Source of the DNA: an uncultured beta proteobacterium
GTDB taxonomy: Bacteria; Pseudomonadota; Gammaproteobacteria; Burkholderiales; JACQAP01
Reading direction: 5' to 3'
Assembly (NCBI GenBank): GCA_963789945.1
Contig: CAWBMN010000008.1
Location: forward strand, 131,144 to 195,143
DNA length: 64,000 nt
A program made the translations under genes and the position numbers. Positions 46,645-57,603 of this stretch are shown here, one piece after another (position 1 is the stretch's first letter; each line of letters begins with the position of its first letter). The notes under the pieces are model-generated. The model saw only the letters and a program-made list of their open reading frames with translations, was not told where the DNA came from and searched no databases.

Positions 46645-47529
46645 TCAGCGCAAAACCGACTTTAGCAGCTTGCCCATTTCCGCCGGGTTGCGGGTCACTC
46701 GGATGCCGCATTCTTCCATGACGGCGAGTTTCTCCGCCGCTGTGCCCTTGCCGCCTGAAACGATCGCACCGGCATGGCCCATGCGTTTGCCGGGTGGGGC
46801 GGTGACGCCGGCTATAAAGCCGACCACCGGTTTCTTCATGTTGTCCCTGGCCCACAGCGCTGCGGTTTCCTCGTCGGTGCCGCCGATCTCGCCGATCATC
46901 ACCACCGCTTCGGTTCCCGGATCGTCGTTGAAGAGTTTGAGCACATCGAGATGCTTGAGTCCGTTGACGGGATCGCCGCCGATGCCCACTGCGGAAGACT
47001 GGCCCAGTCCCAGTTCGGTCAGCTGCCCCACCGCCTCGTAGGTGAGCGTGCCGGAACGCGACATCACGCCGACCGGGCCCTTGCGATGAATATGCCCGGG
47101 CATAATGCCGATCTTGATTTCCTCCGGCGTGATCACTCCGGGGCAGTTCGGGCCGACCAGCACGGTTCTGCGTTTCTGCTTGCGCATGCGATCGCGTACT
47201 TCGATCATGTCGCGCACCGGAATGCCCTCGGTGATGCAGATTACAAGATCGAGGTCGGCCTCGACCGCTTCCCAGATCGCCGCCGCCGCGCCCGGAGGCG
47301 GCACGTAAATAACCGAGGCATTGGCGCCGGTCTGCCGTTTCGCCTCGCGTACCGAAGCGAAGATAGGAATGCCTTCGAAATCCTGTCCGGCCTTGTTCGG
47401 GTGGACCCCGGCTACAAAGCAGTGCTTTCCGTTGGCGTAATCGCGGCAGCCACGGGTATGAAACTGCCCGGTCTTGCCGGTGATGCCCTGGGTGAGGACT
47501 TTGGTGTTTTTGTTTATCAGGATCGCCAC
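46645..47529 (-). CDS. sucD: succinate--CoA ligase subunit alpha
   Basis: GTG at 47529, two nt after the sucC stop. (M)[24 protein letters not shown]...SRSGTLTYE...MGHAGAI. 294 aa. Confidence 0.93.
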   Translation of the reverse strand: MAILINKNTKVLTQGITGKTGQFHTRGCRDYANGKHCFVAGVHPNKAGQDFEGIPIFASVREAKRQTGANASVIYVPPPGAAAAIWEAVEADLDLVICITEGIPVRDMIEVRDRMRKQKRRTVLVGPNCPGVITPEEIKIGIMPGHIHRKGPVGVMSRSGTLTYEAVGQLTELGLGQSSAVGIGGDPVNGLKHLDVLKLFNDDPGTEAVVMIGEIGGTDEETAALWARDNMKKPVVGFIAGVTAPPGKRMGHAGAIVSGGKGTAAEKLAVMEECGIRVTRNPAEMGKLLKSVLR

Positions 47530-47531
47530 GA

Positions 47532-48702
47532 TCAGTTCTTCCCCCTGGCCGCCGAGACCACCTTCTGTGCGGCCTCGGCCATGTTGTCGGCGGATATGAT
47601 CGGCAATCCGGAATCCGCGAGGATCTTCCTGCCCAGTTCCTCGTTGGTGCCCTTCATGCGTACCACCAGCGGCACGCCGAGCTTCACCTGCCGGGCCGCC
47701 TCGACCACGCCGGTGGCGATCACGTCGCATTTCATGATGCCGCCGAAAATGTTGACCAGGATCGCGCTGAGGTTGGGATTGCGCAGCATCAGCTTGAACG
47801 CTTCGGTCACCTTCTCGGTGGTAGCGCCGCCGCCGACGTCGAGGAAGTTGGCCGGCTCGCCGCCGAACAACTTGATGGTGTCCATGGTGGCCATCGCCAG
47901 GCCTGCGCCGTTAACCAGGCAGCCGATGTTGCCCTCGAGCGATATATAGGAAAGCCCGTGCTTCGATGCCTCGACCTCGGCGGGATCTTCCTCGTCGAGG
48001 TCGCGCATGGCCACGATGTCCTCGTGGCGATACAGCGCGTTGTCATCGAAATTCATCTTGGCGTCGAGCGCGACCACGTCGCCGCTACCGGTCAGGATCA
48101 ACGGGTTGATCTCGGCGAGCGAGGCATCGGTTTCCCAGAACGCCCGGTACAGGTTCCTCAGCACCGCGCGTGCCTTGGCGACGCTGGCAGCGGGAATGCC
48201 GATTCTACGGGCAAGATCGTCAGCCTCGGAATCGCGTAGGCCCTGTTCGGGATCCACGAACACCTTGTGGATCTTCCCGGGCGTGTGGGTGGCGACTTCC
48301 TCGATATCCATGCCGCCCTCCGAGGACGCCATGACGCACACGGTCTGCGTGCCGCGGTCCACCACCATACCGATGTAAAGCTCCCTATTGATGTCGGCGC
48401 CTTCCTCGATCAGCAACCGGCGCACCTTTTGGCCCTGCGGTCCGGTCTGATGGGTTATGAGCTGCATGCCGAGGATCTTTCCGGCCCAGTCCCGCACTTC
48501 GTCGATGGATTTCGCCACTTTGACGCCGCCACCCTTGCCGCGGCCACCTGCGTGAATCTGCGCCTTTACCACCCAGACCTTGCCGCCGAGTCTGGTTCGC
48601 CGCATTCACCGCCTCCTCCACGCTGAAGCAGGGCGTGCCGCGGGGAGTGGGAACACCGTACTTCCTGAGGATTTCTTTCGCCTGGTATTCGTGGATTTTC
48701 AT
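47532..48702 (-). CDS. sucC: succinate--CoA ligase subunit beta, carrying one +1 frameshift as sequenced
   Basis: The N-terminus [22 protein letters not shown]...VNAANQ (from 48702) is out of frame with [23 protein letters not shown]... (ORF 47532-48605). The junction is at about 48591. The span is 1171 nt. Confidence 0.88.
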
Positions 48703-48883
48703 CGCCGGCCTTTGCCTGAACAGAACCCGCGGCGGGCTGGCACGCCGATTCCCGCGTGCATGCAGCGCACGCCGGAACGAATCAGGGGATCGCCAGCTGG
48801 GAGGTCGCAGAACAAGCCGACCCGCGGGAAAGCGCGGGAAGTATACCGCAAAGGCCGCCGCCGCCGCTGTGACGCGGCTACGC

Positions 48884-49846
48884 TCAGAAACGGGTCGCGA
48901 GTCCCGCCACCAGCGACCAGTCGGCGGTCAACTGCACGCCATTCACGTACTGGTAAAGCGGCACCTGAACGAACCCATAGAGCTGCGTATCGCGTCCAAG
49001 GTTGTAGCTGAGTCCCGGACCGATGAAGGCGAAGTAGCCGCCGCTATCCTCCGGTTCCGCCTGCGCGCCGCTATCGCGGTCGCGATAGAGCAGATTCAAC
49101 TGCAATAGCGCAGCCAATCTGTCGTTCAGCGGGTGGCGATAGCCCAGGTCCACGCCGACGCGATCTCCCGGGCGATAGTCCTCGCGCTCGGCGAGCGCCG
49201 CCTGCCACAACACCTGCGCGAACCAGGCCCCGCGCCCGGCCCCGGGCGCAAGGTAGTAGGCACCGAGCAACACGTCGGTGGTCCCGGTGCCGGGTTGCAG
49301 CGAGCGTTCAGCGAGGTCGCCATCATCGTTCTCGACCTCGTAATCGCCTGTCGGCAGCTTCACCCCGAACAGCAGTCCCACGCCGGTCTCGCCCGATTCG
49401 CCGAAATGGTAGCGTCCAAGTACCCGGGCATCGCCAGCCTCGGTGAAGTTCCAGTTCTCGGGCGTCTGGCCGCCACCGTGGTTATGGATGTGTTCGTGGC
49501 TGCGATCGACCACCGGCAGGCTGACGGAGACGCCGAGTTGCTGGCTGAAAGCGTAGTCGAGCGTGGCGATCCAGTTGCGGTTGATGGTGCGGACCTCGTC
49601 ATGGTGGTGGGGAATTTCGCCGACGCCGATACGCGAATCTTCCGCCATCGGCTGGTCCTGGTCGATGAACTCGTAACGCAGATCGAAGCGCGCGCCTGGC
49701 TCGGTCCAGGCGCCCTGCGCGTCCCAGTTGGTGTTGATCGAACAGACCGCCGAGCCGCATCCGGCCCACGCAGGCAGCGGCAACAGGCCAGCCAGGACTG
49801 CAATTGAAAAGAACTGGACTCTTCCCAACATCGCCATAACCCCCAT
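48884..49846 (-). CDS. outer-membrane beta-barrel protein (MetA-pathway/transporter family-like), His-rich loops
   Basis: Signal peptide ...LPLPAWA, alternating beta-strand pattern, C-terminal ...LVAGLATRF. 320 aa. Confidence 0.65.
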   Translation of the reverse strand: MGVMAMLGRVQFFSIAVLAGLLPLPAWAGCGSAVCSINTNWDAQGAWTEPGARFDLRYEFIDQDQPMAEDSRIGVGEIPHHHDEVRTINRNWIATLDYAFSQQLGVSVSLPVVDRSHEHIHNHGGGQTPENWNFTEAGDARVLGRYHFGESGETGVGLLFGVKLPTGDYEVENDDGDLAERSLQPGTGTTDVLLGAYYLAPGAGRGAWFAQVLWQAALAEREDYRPGDRVGVDLGYRHPLNDRLAALLQLNLLYRDRDSGAQAEPEDSGGYFAFIGPGLSYNLGRDTQLYGFVQVPLYQYVNGVQLTADWSLVAGLATRF

Positions 49847-49980
49847 TGGAAAGCCGCAATGCTAGACGGGCGGCCGAGCAGGGAAAATGCGACACGTTGC
49901 CGCGCGACAATTTGCCGCAGCCCGCCACACGGCCGGCAAAAGAATAGAATCTGCGCTTTCTCCCCGATCCGTTTACCACC

Positions 49981-51240
49981 ATGAACGCTCCCGTCAACGC
50001 GAATTCCAACCTTCAGCGTCTGTTTTTCCTGCGCAGCATTGCCATCGGCGGTCAGGTGTTGGTAATTGCTGCAGCTGTCGGTTTGTTCGACACGTTGCTA
50101 CCGCTGGCGCCGATGGGCACGATCATCGTGCTTCAGGCAGCCGTCAACGTCCGCACCTGGTTGCGTCTGCGCAAGAGTGCGCCGGTGAGCGAAGCGGAAC
50201 TGTTCCTGGAGTTGCTCGCCGATGTTGCGGCGCTGACCGCCCTGCTCTATCTGAGTGGCGGTTCTACCAACCCCTTCGTGTCCCTGTACCTGCTTCCGCT
50301 CACCATTGCCGCGACCGCCCTGACGGCGCGTTACTCCTGGGCCATGGCCGGACTCACCATTGCCTGCTATTCGGCGCTGATGTTCTTCTACCTTCCATTG
50401 GGGCACGGCCACGAGATGCATTCGAGCGCCTTCAACCTGCACGTGCTGGGAATGTGGGCGAACTTCCTGGTGAGCGCGGTGCTGATCGCGAGCTTCGTCG
50501 CCACCATGTCGGCATCCATCCGCGCGCGCGACCGCGAACTCGCCGTAGCGCGGGAGCGGGCGCTGCGCGACGAGCAGGTGCTGGCGCTGGGCACGTTTGC
50601 CGCAGGCGCCGCGCACGAACTGGGCACGCCGCTCTCGACCATCGCCGTTCTCACCAGGGAACTGGAGCGCCAGCACGCCGCCGAACCAGGCTTGCGCGAG
50701 GACCTGCAACTGTTGCGAACGCAAGTGGACAGCTGCAAGCGCATCATCACCAGCCTGACCACCGCGGCAGGGCTGGCGCGTGCCGGGCAGGCAAGGCGGC
50801 AGAGCGTCGAGGAGTTCCTGGCCGACGTGGCGGAGAAGTGGGCCCTGATCCGCCCGCAGGTGCGGCTGGACTTGCGTTGCGGCGGCGCCGGCGCCGCGCC
50901 GCAGATCGTCGGCGAGGAGACCGTGCGTCAGACCCTGATCAACATTCTCAACAACGCCGCGGAAGCCTCGCCGCAGGCGGTGGAAATCGAGGGCACCTGG
51001 AACGGGGCCGAGCTCGCCATCGAGGTGCGCGATCGCGGTCCCGGCATTACCGATGACATCGCCGAAAAAGCGGGGCGCGCATTCGTTAGCACCAAAGCTG
51101 AAGGACGTGGGCTCGGGCTGTTCCTGGCCAATGCCACCATCGAGCGTCTGGGTGGCAGCGTGGCGCTGTTCAACCGCGCCGGCGGTGGCGGCTGCACGCG
51201 CGTGACGATTCCGCTGGCGCGGCTGGCCGCCGAAGCATGA
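49981..51240 (+). CDS. regB: redox-responsive sensor histidine kinase RegB/PrrB/ActS family
   Basis: Polytopic N-terminus, H-box AAGAAHELGTPLSTI, ATPase N/G boxes. Translationally coupled to regA. Confidence 0.8.
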   Translation: MNAPVNANSNLQRLFFLRSIAIGGQVLVIAAAVGLFDTLLPLAPMGTIIVLQAAVNVRTWLRLRKSAPVSEAELFLELLADVAALTALLYLSGGSTNPFVSLYLLPLTIAATALTARYSWAMAGLTIACYSALMFFYLPLGHGHEMHSSAFNLHVLGMWANFLVSAVLIASFVATMSASIRARDRELAVARERALRDEQVLALGTFAAGAAHELGTPLSTIAVLTRELERQHAAEPGLREDLQLLRTQVDSCKRIITSLTTAAGLARAGQARRQSVEEFLADVAEKWALIRPQVRLDLRCGGAGAAPQIVGEETVRQTLINILNNAAEASPQAVEIEGTWNGAELAIEVRDRGPGITDDIAEKAGRAFVSTKAEGRGLGLFLANATIERLGGSVALFNRAGGGGCTRVTIPLARLAAEA

Positions 51241-51785
51241 ACAACGGTCCGGCATCCGGCAACCGCCTGCTGGTGGCGGACGACGACGCGGTGTTCGCAG
51301 CAGTTCTGGCGCGCGCGCTCACCCGGCACGGGTTCAAGGTCGAGTCTGCTGCTGGTGTTGCCGAGGCGGTCGGGAAGGCGCAACGGTTCGATCCCCAATT
51401 TGCAGTGGTCGATTTGAAGATGCCGGACGGCTCAGGGCTTGCGCTGGTGGAACAACTCAGGCGTCTCAGTCCGGCGATGCGCATCGTTGTCCTGACAGGC
51501 TTTGCCAGCGTCGCCACCGCGGTCGAGGCGATCAAGCTGGGCGCGATCCATTACCTGCCCAAACCGGCGGACGCCGACGACATCGTGGCGGCTTTCGATC
51601 GCGACGCGGGTGATGCCGCCGTCGCGGTCAAGCATAGGCCGCTGTCGGTCGAGCGCCTGGAGTGGGAGCACATCCACAAGGTGCTCGCTGAAAACGACGG
51701 CAACGTTTCCGCCACGGCGCGTGCGCTCGGCATGCACCGGCGCACACTGCAGAGAAAGCTGGGAAAGAAACCGGGTAGGGGCTAA
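51237..51785 (+). CDS. regA: response regulator RegA/PrrA/ActR family
   Basis: REC domain (LLVADDD...DLKMPDGSG) plus a short Fis-type HTH, NVSATARALGMHRRTLQRKL. 182 aa. Confidence 0.85.
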   Translation: MNNGPASGNRLLVADDDAVFAAVLARALTRHGFKVESAAGVAEAVGKAQRFDPQFAVVDLKMPDGSGLALVEQLRRLSPAMRIVVLTGFASVATAVEAIKLGAIHYLPKPADADDIVAAFDRDAGDAAVAVKHRPLSVERLEWEHIHKVLAENDGNVSATARALGMHRRTLQRKLGKKPGRG

Positions 51786-52189
51786 CGCGGCGCGTTGCGG
51801 GCCGCTTCGGCGGCATCGTGGGCGCGTTTAAGATTCTGGTATTCCTGCTGATGTTTGGCGCGCGCTTGGTCAAACTCGGCCTGCACCGCGCGTGAAGCCT
51901 GGGTCGCCTGTTCGGCGCGCATCTTGGCCTCCTCGTAGGCGCGCTGTGCGTCCTGCATGCGTTTTTGCGCGTCTTCCATGCGTTTCTGCGCAGCCTCCAG
52001 GTCCTTGTAAGCTGCCTGTTCCTTCTTTTCGGCGGCGCGCGCCTTGCGCTCGGCGGTGGTCATCACTTCGCGCGCATGCTGCGCACGCTGCTGCGCCTGC
52101 TCCACTGTCAATATGGGTGTTTCGGCCGTCTGCGCGAAAACCGCGACGACAGCAAATACCATCACTGCAAGCGCCAAGATTCTTTTCAT
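51782..52189 (-). CDS. secreted coiled-coil protein, function unknown
   Basis: GGGAG RBS and ATG at 52189. Signal peptide MKRILALAVMVFAVVAVFA, then an A/E/K/Q-rich helical repeat. The longer track ORF runs across the tRNA. Confidence 0.6.
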   Translation of the reverse strand: MKRILALAVMVFAVVAVFAQTAETPILTVEQAQQRAQHAREVMTTAERKARAAEKKEQAAYKDLEAAQKRMEDAQKRMQDAQRAYEEAKMRAEQATQASRAVQAEFDQARAKHQQEYQNLKRAHDAAEAARNAPR

Positions 52190-52239
52190 TTCACTCCCGC
52201 AAGCGAGGTGGCTGCGCTTCGATCGGTACGGTAAGTCAC

Positions 52240-52315
52240 TGGTGCCGGCAGCAGGAATCGAACCCGCGACCTTTTGATTACAAATCAACTGCTCTACCAA
52301 CTGAGCTATGCCGGC
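52240..52315 (-). tRNA. tRNA-Thr (anticodon UGU)
   Basis: The reverse strand reads GCCGGCATAGCTCAGTTGGTAGAGCAGTTGATTTGTAATCAAAAGGTCGCGGGTTCGATTCCTGCTGCCGGCACCA. It folds as a cloverleaf with the anticodon loop TTTGTAA and an encoded CCA. Confidence 0.9.
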
Positions 52316-52367
52316 TTGCGCCGCATTATAGGCCCGTCATTGAGGCCACGAAACCGCGCCCGCCGGC

Positions 52368-52790
52368 CTACTTGATCACCTGCAGGCGGGTCCGGCGGCC
52401 CGTCGGCGGCCTGGGCCGGTGGTCATCCGGAGGACCCGCGGTGGTCTTCGGCGCCGCGACCACCGGGGCAGGCAGCGACGGCGAAGTCTGGAACGCCAGG
52501 CCATGACCTGTTTCCTTGGCGAAGATTCCCGCCACCGCGGAGATCGGCACGGAGATCTCGCGAGAGGAGCCGCCGAAACGCGCCGAGAATTGGATCAGGT
52601 CGTTGCCGATCTTGAGATTGCGGGTCGCGTCGGCGCTGACGTTGAGCACGATTTCCCCGTTCTTGACGTACTCCGTCGGGACCCTGGTGCTCTCGTCAAC
52701 CTTGACCGCGATGTACGGAGTGAGGCCATTGTCGCCACACCACTCGTAGATCGCACGGATCAAGTAGGGGGTGGTTGCGGTTTCCTTCAC
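52368..52790 (-). CDS. sspB: ClpXP adaptor / stringent starvation protein B
   Basis: The GTG at 52790 overlaps the sspA stop (GTGA). KETATTPYLIRAIYEWCGDNGLTPYI... 140 aa. Confidence 0.9.
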   Translation of the reverse strand: MKETATTPYLIRAIYEWCGDNGLTPYIAVKVDESTRVPTEYVKNGEIVLNVSADATRNLKIGNDLIQFSARFGGSSREISVPISAVAGIFAKETGHGLAFQTSPSLPAPVVAAPKTTAGPPDDHRPRPPTGRRTRLQVIK

Positions 52791-53386
52791 TTGCGCATCA
52801 CCTTTTCGGAAGCCGTGAGCGCCTCGATGAAGGCGGGGCGGCTGAACAGCCGCTCGGCGTACTTCATCAGGGGCGCGGCCTGCTTGGGCAACTGGATGCC
52901 ATAGAAATCCAGCCGCCACAGCAGCGGCGCGATCGCGACGTCGAGCATCGAAAATTCCTCGCCCAGCATGTACTTCTGTTTGACGAACACCGGCGCGATC
53001 TGCGTCAGGTTGTCGCGGATGATCTGGCGCGCCTTCTCGGCCTGTTTCTGGGTGCCGCCCTCGATCGCATCGATGTTGGAGAACAGTTCGTTCTCGAAGC
53101 GGAACAGGAACAGCCTGGCCCGCGCGCGCATCACCGGATCGGCCGGCATCAGTTGCGGATGAGGGAAGCGGTCATCGATATACTCGTTGATGATATTCGA
53201 CTCGTACAGGATCAGGTCGCGCTCCACCAGCACCGGGGTGCGGTTGTACGGATTCATCACCGCCAGGTCCTCCGGCTTGTTGTAGAGGTCCACGTCGATG
53301 ATCTGAAAGTCCATCCCCTTTTCGTAGAGGACGATGCGGCAGCGTTGGCTGAATGGGCAGGTGGTGCCCGAATAAAGGGTCATCAT
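52787..53386 (-). CDS. sspA: stringent starvation protein A
   Basis: 199 aa, MMTLYSGTTCPFSQRCRIVLYEKGMDF..., GST-like. Confidence 0.93.
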   Translation of the reverse strand: MMTLYSGTTCPFSQRCRIVLYEKGMDFQIIDVDLYNKPEDLAVMNPYNRTPVLVERDLILYESNIINEYIDDRFPHPQLMPADPVMRARARLFLFRFENELFSNIDAIEGGTQKQAEKARQIIRDNLTQIAPVFVKQKYMLGEEFSMLDVAIAPLLWRLDFYGIQLPKQAAPLMKYAERLFSRPAFIEALTASEKVMRK

Positions 53387-53411
53387 GGGCCGTTTCCCGG
53401 AGTTTTTTTGG

Positions 53412-54140
53412 TCAGTGCAGGTCTTTCCAGTACTCCGTCTTGAGCAGCCAGCTCAGCACAAGCAGGAGCGACAGGAAGAACAGGACGGCAATGCCGATCT
53501 GGACGCGCCGGGCCTTGGCCGGTTCGCCCATGTACGAAAGGTAATTCACCAGATCGCGCGTGAGCTTGTCGTACTCCAGCGGCGAAAGGGCTCCGGGCGA
53601 TTCCAGCACCAGTTTCTTGTGCTCGACTTTGTGCCCGCCGTGTTCCTCGATCTCGGATTTCAGGACCTGGGTGCCCTGCAGTTCCCAGAGCACGTGCGGC
53701 ATAGCGGCGTTAGGGAACGCCACGTTGTTCCAGCCGGTCCCGCTCGCCTGGTCCCGATAGAAACTGCGCATGTAGGTGTAGAGCCAGTCCACACCACGCG
53801 AGCGGGCGATCACGGAAAGATCAGGCGGCGCGACGCCAAACCATTCCTGCTGGTCTTTTTTGGCGGCGGCTATGATCATCGAATCGCCGACCTTCCCGCC
53901 GGTGAACAGCAGGTTGTCCTTGATCTGCTGCTCGGTCAGTCCGAGATCCATCAGGCGGTTGTAGCGCATCGCAACCGCGGCATGACAGTTCAGGCAGTAG
54001 TTGACGAACACCTTTGCGCCGCGCTGGATGGACAGCGCGTCGCCGGAATCGATGTTCGCGCGATCGAGCCGGATGTCGCCGCCGGCGGCATGGGCCGCGG
54101 CCGGCACGAACAGCAATGCGAGAATGAATCTTCTCAGCAT
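53412..54140 (-). CDS. petC: cytochrome c1 of the bc1 complex
   Basis: 242 aa with a signal peptide, CLNCH heme motif and a C-terminal TM anchor. Confidence 0.92.
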   Translation of the reverse strand: MLRRFILALLFVPAAAHAAGGDIRLDRANIDSGDALSIQRGAKVFVNYCLNCHAAVAMRYNRLMDLGLTEQQIKDNLLFTGGKVGDSMIIAAAKKDQQEWFGVAPPDLSVIARSRGVDWLYTYMRSFYRDQASGTGWNNVAFPNAAMPHVLWELQGTQVLKSEIEEHGGHKVEHKKLVLESPGALSPLEYDKLTRDLVNYLSYMGEPAKARRVQIGIAVLFFLSLLLVLSWLLKTEYWKDLH

Positions 54141-55405
54141 GTCACCCTCTCAGGCTCCGGCCTGGTCCTGTCTATCCTCGTATACCAGGGCATCAAAAGG
54201 AAGAACAGGAAATAGATGATCGTGAAGATGCGCGCCACCACTGTCGCCCGTTCCGCGCCGCCCAGCCATGCGCCGAACTGGCCCCAGACGTTGGTCGGCA
54301 CGGTGCCGAGATAACCCAGCACCACGAACGAGATCACGAACAGCGCTAGCGCGGCCTTGTAGACCGCCCCCCGGTAGCGAATCGACTTGACGGCGCCGCG
54401 ATCCAGCCACGGCAGGAAGAAAAAGATCAATACCGAAAGCCCCATCGCCAGAACGCCTGGAAACTGCGATCCGAGCAACGGCGGCACAGCGCGCAGGATC
54501 GAATAGAACGGCGTGAAATACCACACCGGGGCGATGTGCGCAGGGGTCTTGAGCGGATCGGCGGGCACGAAATTGTTGTGCTCGAGAAAGTAGCCGCCCA
54601 TCTCCGGCGCAAAAAACACGATGACGCTGAATACCATCAGGAACACCACGACACCGACGATGTCCTTCACCACGTAATAGGGGAAGAAGGGGATGCCGTC
54701 GAGCGGAATGCCGGTCTTCGGATCCTTCTTTTTCTTGATTTCGATGCCGTCCGGATTGTTGGAGCCGACTTCGTGCAGCGCCAGCAGGTGCGCAAAGACC
54801 AGGCCCAGCAGCACCAGTGGGATCGCGATCACGTGAAAGGCGAAGAAGCGGTTCAGCGTCGCATCGGAAACTACGTAGTCGCCACGTATCCACACGGCCA
54901 GGTCCGGACCGACGAAGGGGATGGCCGCAAACAGATTGACGATCACCTGCGCGCCCCAGTAGGACATCTGGCCCCACGGCAACAGGTATCCGAAGAAGGC
55001 CTCCGCCATCAGGCACAGGTAGATCAGCACGCCCAGCAGCCACAGCAACTCGCGCGGCTTGCGGTAGGAACCGTAGATCAGGCCGCGAAACATGTGCAGG
55101 TACACCACCACGAAGAACAACGACGCGCCGGTGGAATGCATGTAGCGTATCGCCCATCCCCAGTCGACGTCGCGCATGATGTACTCGACCGAAGCGAAGG
55201 CCTGCGCAGCATCGGGCTTGTAGTGCATGGTGAGGAAAATGCCGGTGACGATCTGCATCACCAACACCAGCATCGCCAGCGAACCGAAGTAGTACCAGAA
55301 GTTGAAGTTCTTCGGCGCGTAATATTCGGAAAGGTGTGCCCTCCAGGTTGCCGTCAGCGGAAAGCGCGCGTCGACCCAGTTGAGCAAAGCCTTCATCGTG
55401 CCCAT
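54134..55405 (-). CDS. petB: cytochrome b of the bc1 complex
   Basis: AGGAG-9 nt-ATG at 55405 (MGTMKALLNWVDARFPL...). 423 aa. Confidence 0.92.
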   Translation of the reverse strand: MGTMKALLNWVDARFPLTATWRAHLSEYYAPKNFNFWYYFGSLAMLVLVMQIVTGIFLTMHYKPDAAQAFASVEYIMRDVDWGWAIRYMHSTGASLFFVVVYLHMFRGLIYGSYRKPRELLWLLGVLIYLCLMAEAFFGYLLPWGQMSYWGAQVIVNLFAAIPFVGPDLAVWIRGDYVVSDATLNRFFAFHVIAIPLVLLGLVFAHLLALHEVGSNNPDGIEIKKKKDPKTGIPLDGIPFFPYYVVKDIVGVVVFLMVFSVIVFFAPEMGGYFLEHNNFVPADPLKTPAHIAPVWYFTPFYSILRAVPPLLGSQFPGVLAMGLSVLIFFFLPWLDRGAVKSIRYRGAVYKAALALFVISFVVLGYLGTVPTNVWGQFGAWLGGAERATVVARIFTIIYFLFFLLMPWYTRIDRTRPEPERVTC

Positions 55406-55409
55406 CGCG

Positions 55410-56021
55410 TCATGCTCCTTTGCTGTCCTCACCGATAAGCAGACGCGTGTCGCTCAGGTACGTATACGGGGGAACCCTGAGGTTCGCGGGGGCCGGCACA
55501 CCCTTGTAGACGCGACCGGCGAGATCGAACTTGGAACCGTGGCAGGGGCAGAAGAATCCGCCCGGCCATTCGTCGCCCAGTCCGCTTTCAGTTCCGGGCG
55601 CAAGTTTCTGCGACGGCGAACAGCCGAGGTGCGTGCAGATGCCTACCAGCACCAGGTATTCGGGCTTGATCGAGCGGACTTCGTTCTTTGCATAATCCGG
55701 CTGCATCGGCATGGAAGAACCGGGATCAACCACCGCCCCGTCAAGCTTTGGCAGGCTGTCGATCATTTCCCTGGTGCGATGGACGATCCACACCGGCTGA
55801 CCGCGCCACTCCACCGTTACCATCATCCCCGGCTCGACCCTGGACAGATCCACTTCCACGGGTGCGCCGGCAGCCCTTGCGCGCGCGCTGGGGTTCATGC
55901 TCGCCACGAAGGGCACTGCGACCGCGACACCGGCCACGCCGCCTGCAACGCTGGTAGCGGCCAGAAGAAAGCGCCGCTTGCGGCGATCGACGTTACTGTC
56001 AGCCATATTTCGGTCCGCCAA
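55410..56021 (-). CDS. petA: ubiquinol-cytochrome c reductase Rieske iron-sulfur subunit
   Basis: Tat-like RRKRRFLL. Rieske boxes CTHLGC and CPCHGS. 203 aa. Confidence 0.93.
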   Translation of the reverse strand: MADRNMADSNVDRRKRRFLLAATSVAGGVAGVAVAVPFVASMNPSARARAAGAPVEVDLSRVEPGMMVTVEWRGQPVWIVHRTREMIDSLPKLDGAVVDPGSSMPMQPDYAKNEVRSIKPEYLVLVGICTHLGCSPSQKLAPGTESGLGDEWPGGFFCPCHGSKFDLAGRVYKGVPAPANLRVPPYTYLSDTRLLIGEDSKGA

Positions 56022-56258
56022 GTTTCAAAAGCGTTGCATTTTACAGTAGGTGCATGGGCAAATTACACCCCGTGTTCCTTAAGTCTATGTAAATACTATG
56101 GAAATCGGCTTCCGGCGAATTTCGGCAGGATTTGCGGCCATGCCTCTCGAAAATATGCGCGGGCGCGCTTGCTGGCATCCAGTCCCGGGCCCGGCTGGTA
56201 CCATCGGCGCCTCGTAGTCCCGGGCAGAGGATGACCCGCGAACGGGTTACAAACGACT

Positions 56259-56687
56259 TTGAGGACGAAGATGAAGGTCAGGGTAAAGTGGATCGAGAAC
56301 GTCGCTTTCCTGGGTGAGACCGAGAGCGGCCACGCGCTGGTGATGGACGGCGCGCCGGAGGGCGGGGGCCGCAATCTGGGGCCGCGGCCGATGGAAACGG
56401 TGCTGGCGGGCACCGGCGGGTGTACCGCTTACGATGTGGTGACGATCCTGAGGAAGGCACGCCAGGACATCAGCGATTGCGTGCTCGAGGTCGACGCCGA
56501 GCGGGCACCGGCAGATCCGAAGGTGTTCACGCGCATCCACTTTCACTTCGTTATCACGGGACGTAACGTCCGGCGCGAACACGTCGAGCGCGCCATCCAT
56601 CTTTCCGCGGAGAAATATTGCTCGGCCTCGATCATGCTGGGGAAGACCGCCGCGATCACCCACGATTTCGAGATCGTCGAAACCTGA
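56259..56687 (+). CDS. OsmC family peroxiredoxin-like protein
   Basis: 142 aa with GGCTAYD...AEKYCSAS (the two OsmC Cys). Confidence 0.85.
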   Translation: MRTKMKVRVKWIENVAFLGETESGHALVMDGAPEGGGRNLGPRPMETVLAGTGGCTAYDVVTILRKARQDISDCVLEVDAERAPADPKVFTRIHFHFVITGRNVRREHVERAIHLSAEKYCSASIMLGKTAAITHDFEIVET

Positions 56688-56696
56688 CTGCGGGGA

Positions 56697-57326
56697 TCAA
56701 AGCCGGTAGGTCGACACTGTCATCAGACGCGAGGAGATACGCATCGCCTGCTTGACCGGCTCCGGCAGTTCCGCGGCGCCGTGCGCCAGCGCAGTACTGG
56801 CATGGCGCGCCTCGTCTTCCTTCATCTGCGCGACGATGGCACGGCTTTTTTCGTCCTGGACCGGCAGCTGCTCGAGATGCCCGTCGAGATGGCCTTCGAC
56901 CTGGCGCTCAGTCTCGGCCAGGAACCCCATGTTCCACTTGTCGCCGAGCAAACCCGAAATCGCCCCAATGGCGAATGAACCGGCGTAGAAAAACGGGTTG
57001 AGGACGCTGACCCGCCCACCCAGTTCCTCGATGCGCTGCGCGGTCCACGCCAGGTGTTCTGTCTCTTCCGCGGCGGCGTGTTCGAGAGTTGTTCTGGCGG
57101 CAACGTCGCGCGCGGTCAGTGCCTGTCCCTGATACAGCGCCTGCGCGCACACTTCGCCGCTGTGGTTCACACGCATCAGCGCCGCAGCGTGGCGTTTCTC
57201 CGCCGCGCTCAGCTCGGGGTTAGGCAGATTCCCGCCGGGCACCGGCCGCAGCGAAACGGCGGGCCCGCACAAGGTGCGCAGCGCGCGGTCGAATCCAATG
57301 ATCAGTCGGTCGATATCCGGAAGCAC
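56697..57326 (-). CDS. coq7: demethoxyubiquinone hydroxylase (2-nonaprenyl-3-methyl-6-methoxy-1,4-benzoquinol hydroxylase)
   Basis: 209 aa with di-iron EXXH motifs (EETEHL and EDEARH). Confidence 0.9.
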   Translation of the reverse strand: MLPDIDRLIIGFDRALRTLCGPAVSLRPVPGGNLPNPELSAAEKRHAAALMRVNHSGEVCAQALYQGQALTARDVAARTTLEHAAAEETEHLAWTAQRIEELGGRVSVLNPFFYAGSFAIGAISGLLGDKWNMGFLAETERQVEGHLDGHLEQLPVQDEKSRAIVAQMKEDEARHASTALAHGAAELPEPVKQAMRISSRLMTVSTYRL

Positions 57327-57333
57327 GGGCCGC

Positions 57334-57588
57334 TCACTTCTTGCGCATGAAAAACAGGAACAGGCCGCCGGTCTCGGTCGAGGACAGCAACTGGTTTCCG
57401 GTCTGTTTCGAGAATGCCTGGAAATCGCGCACCGAGCCCGGGTCGGTGGCGAGAACCTTGAGCACCTGGCCGGAACTCATGTCGTTGAGCGATTTCTTGG
57501 TGCGCAGGATCGGCAGCGGGCAGTTGAGTCCGCGCGCGTCGAGTTCGCGATCGAAGTGAATTTCAGCTTCCATCTCGGGTCCCTGCAT
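57334..57588 (-). CDS. tusA: TusA-family sulfurtransferase
   Basis: [17 protein letters not shown] (CPxP active site). 84 aa; an internal Met start is possible. Confidence 0.85.
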   Translation of the reverse strand: MQGPEMEAEIHFDRELDARGLNCPLPILRTKKSLNDMSSGQVLKVLATDPGSVRDFQAFSKQTGNQLLSSTETGGLFLFFMRKK

Positions 57589-57603
57589 CGTCGTTTCTGC
57601 CGT

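Noticed and set aside
51782-52300. 172-aa ORF extending from the coiled-coil gene across 52240-52315
   Set aside because: The upstream part is the reverse complement of a clean tRNA-Thr. The real CDS starts at the ATG at 52189, with an RBS and a signal peptide.
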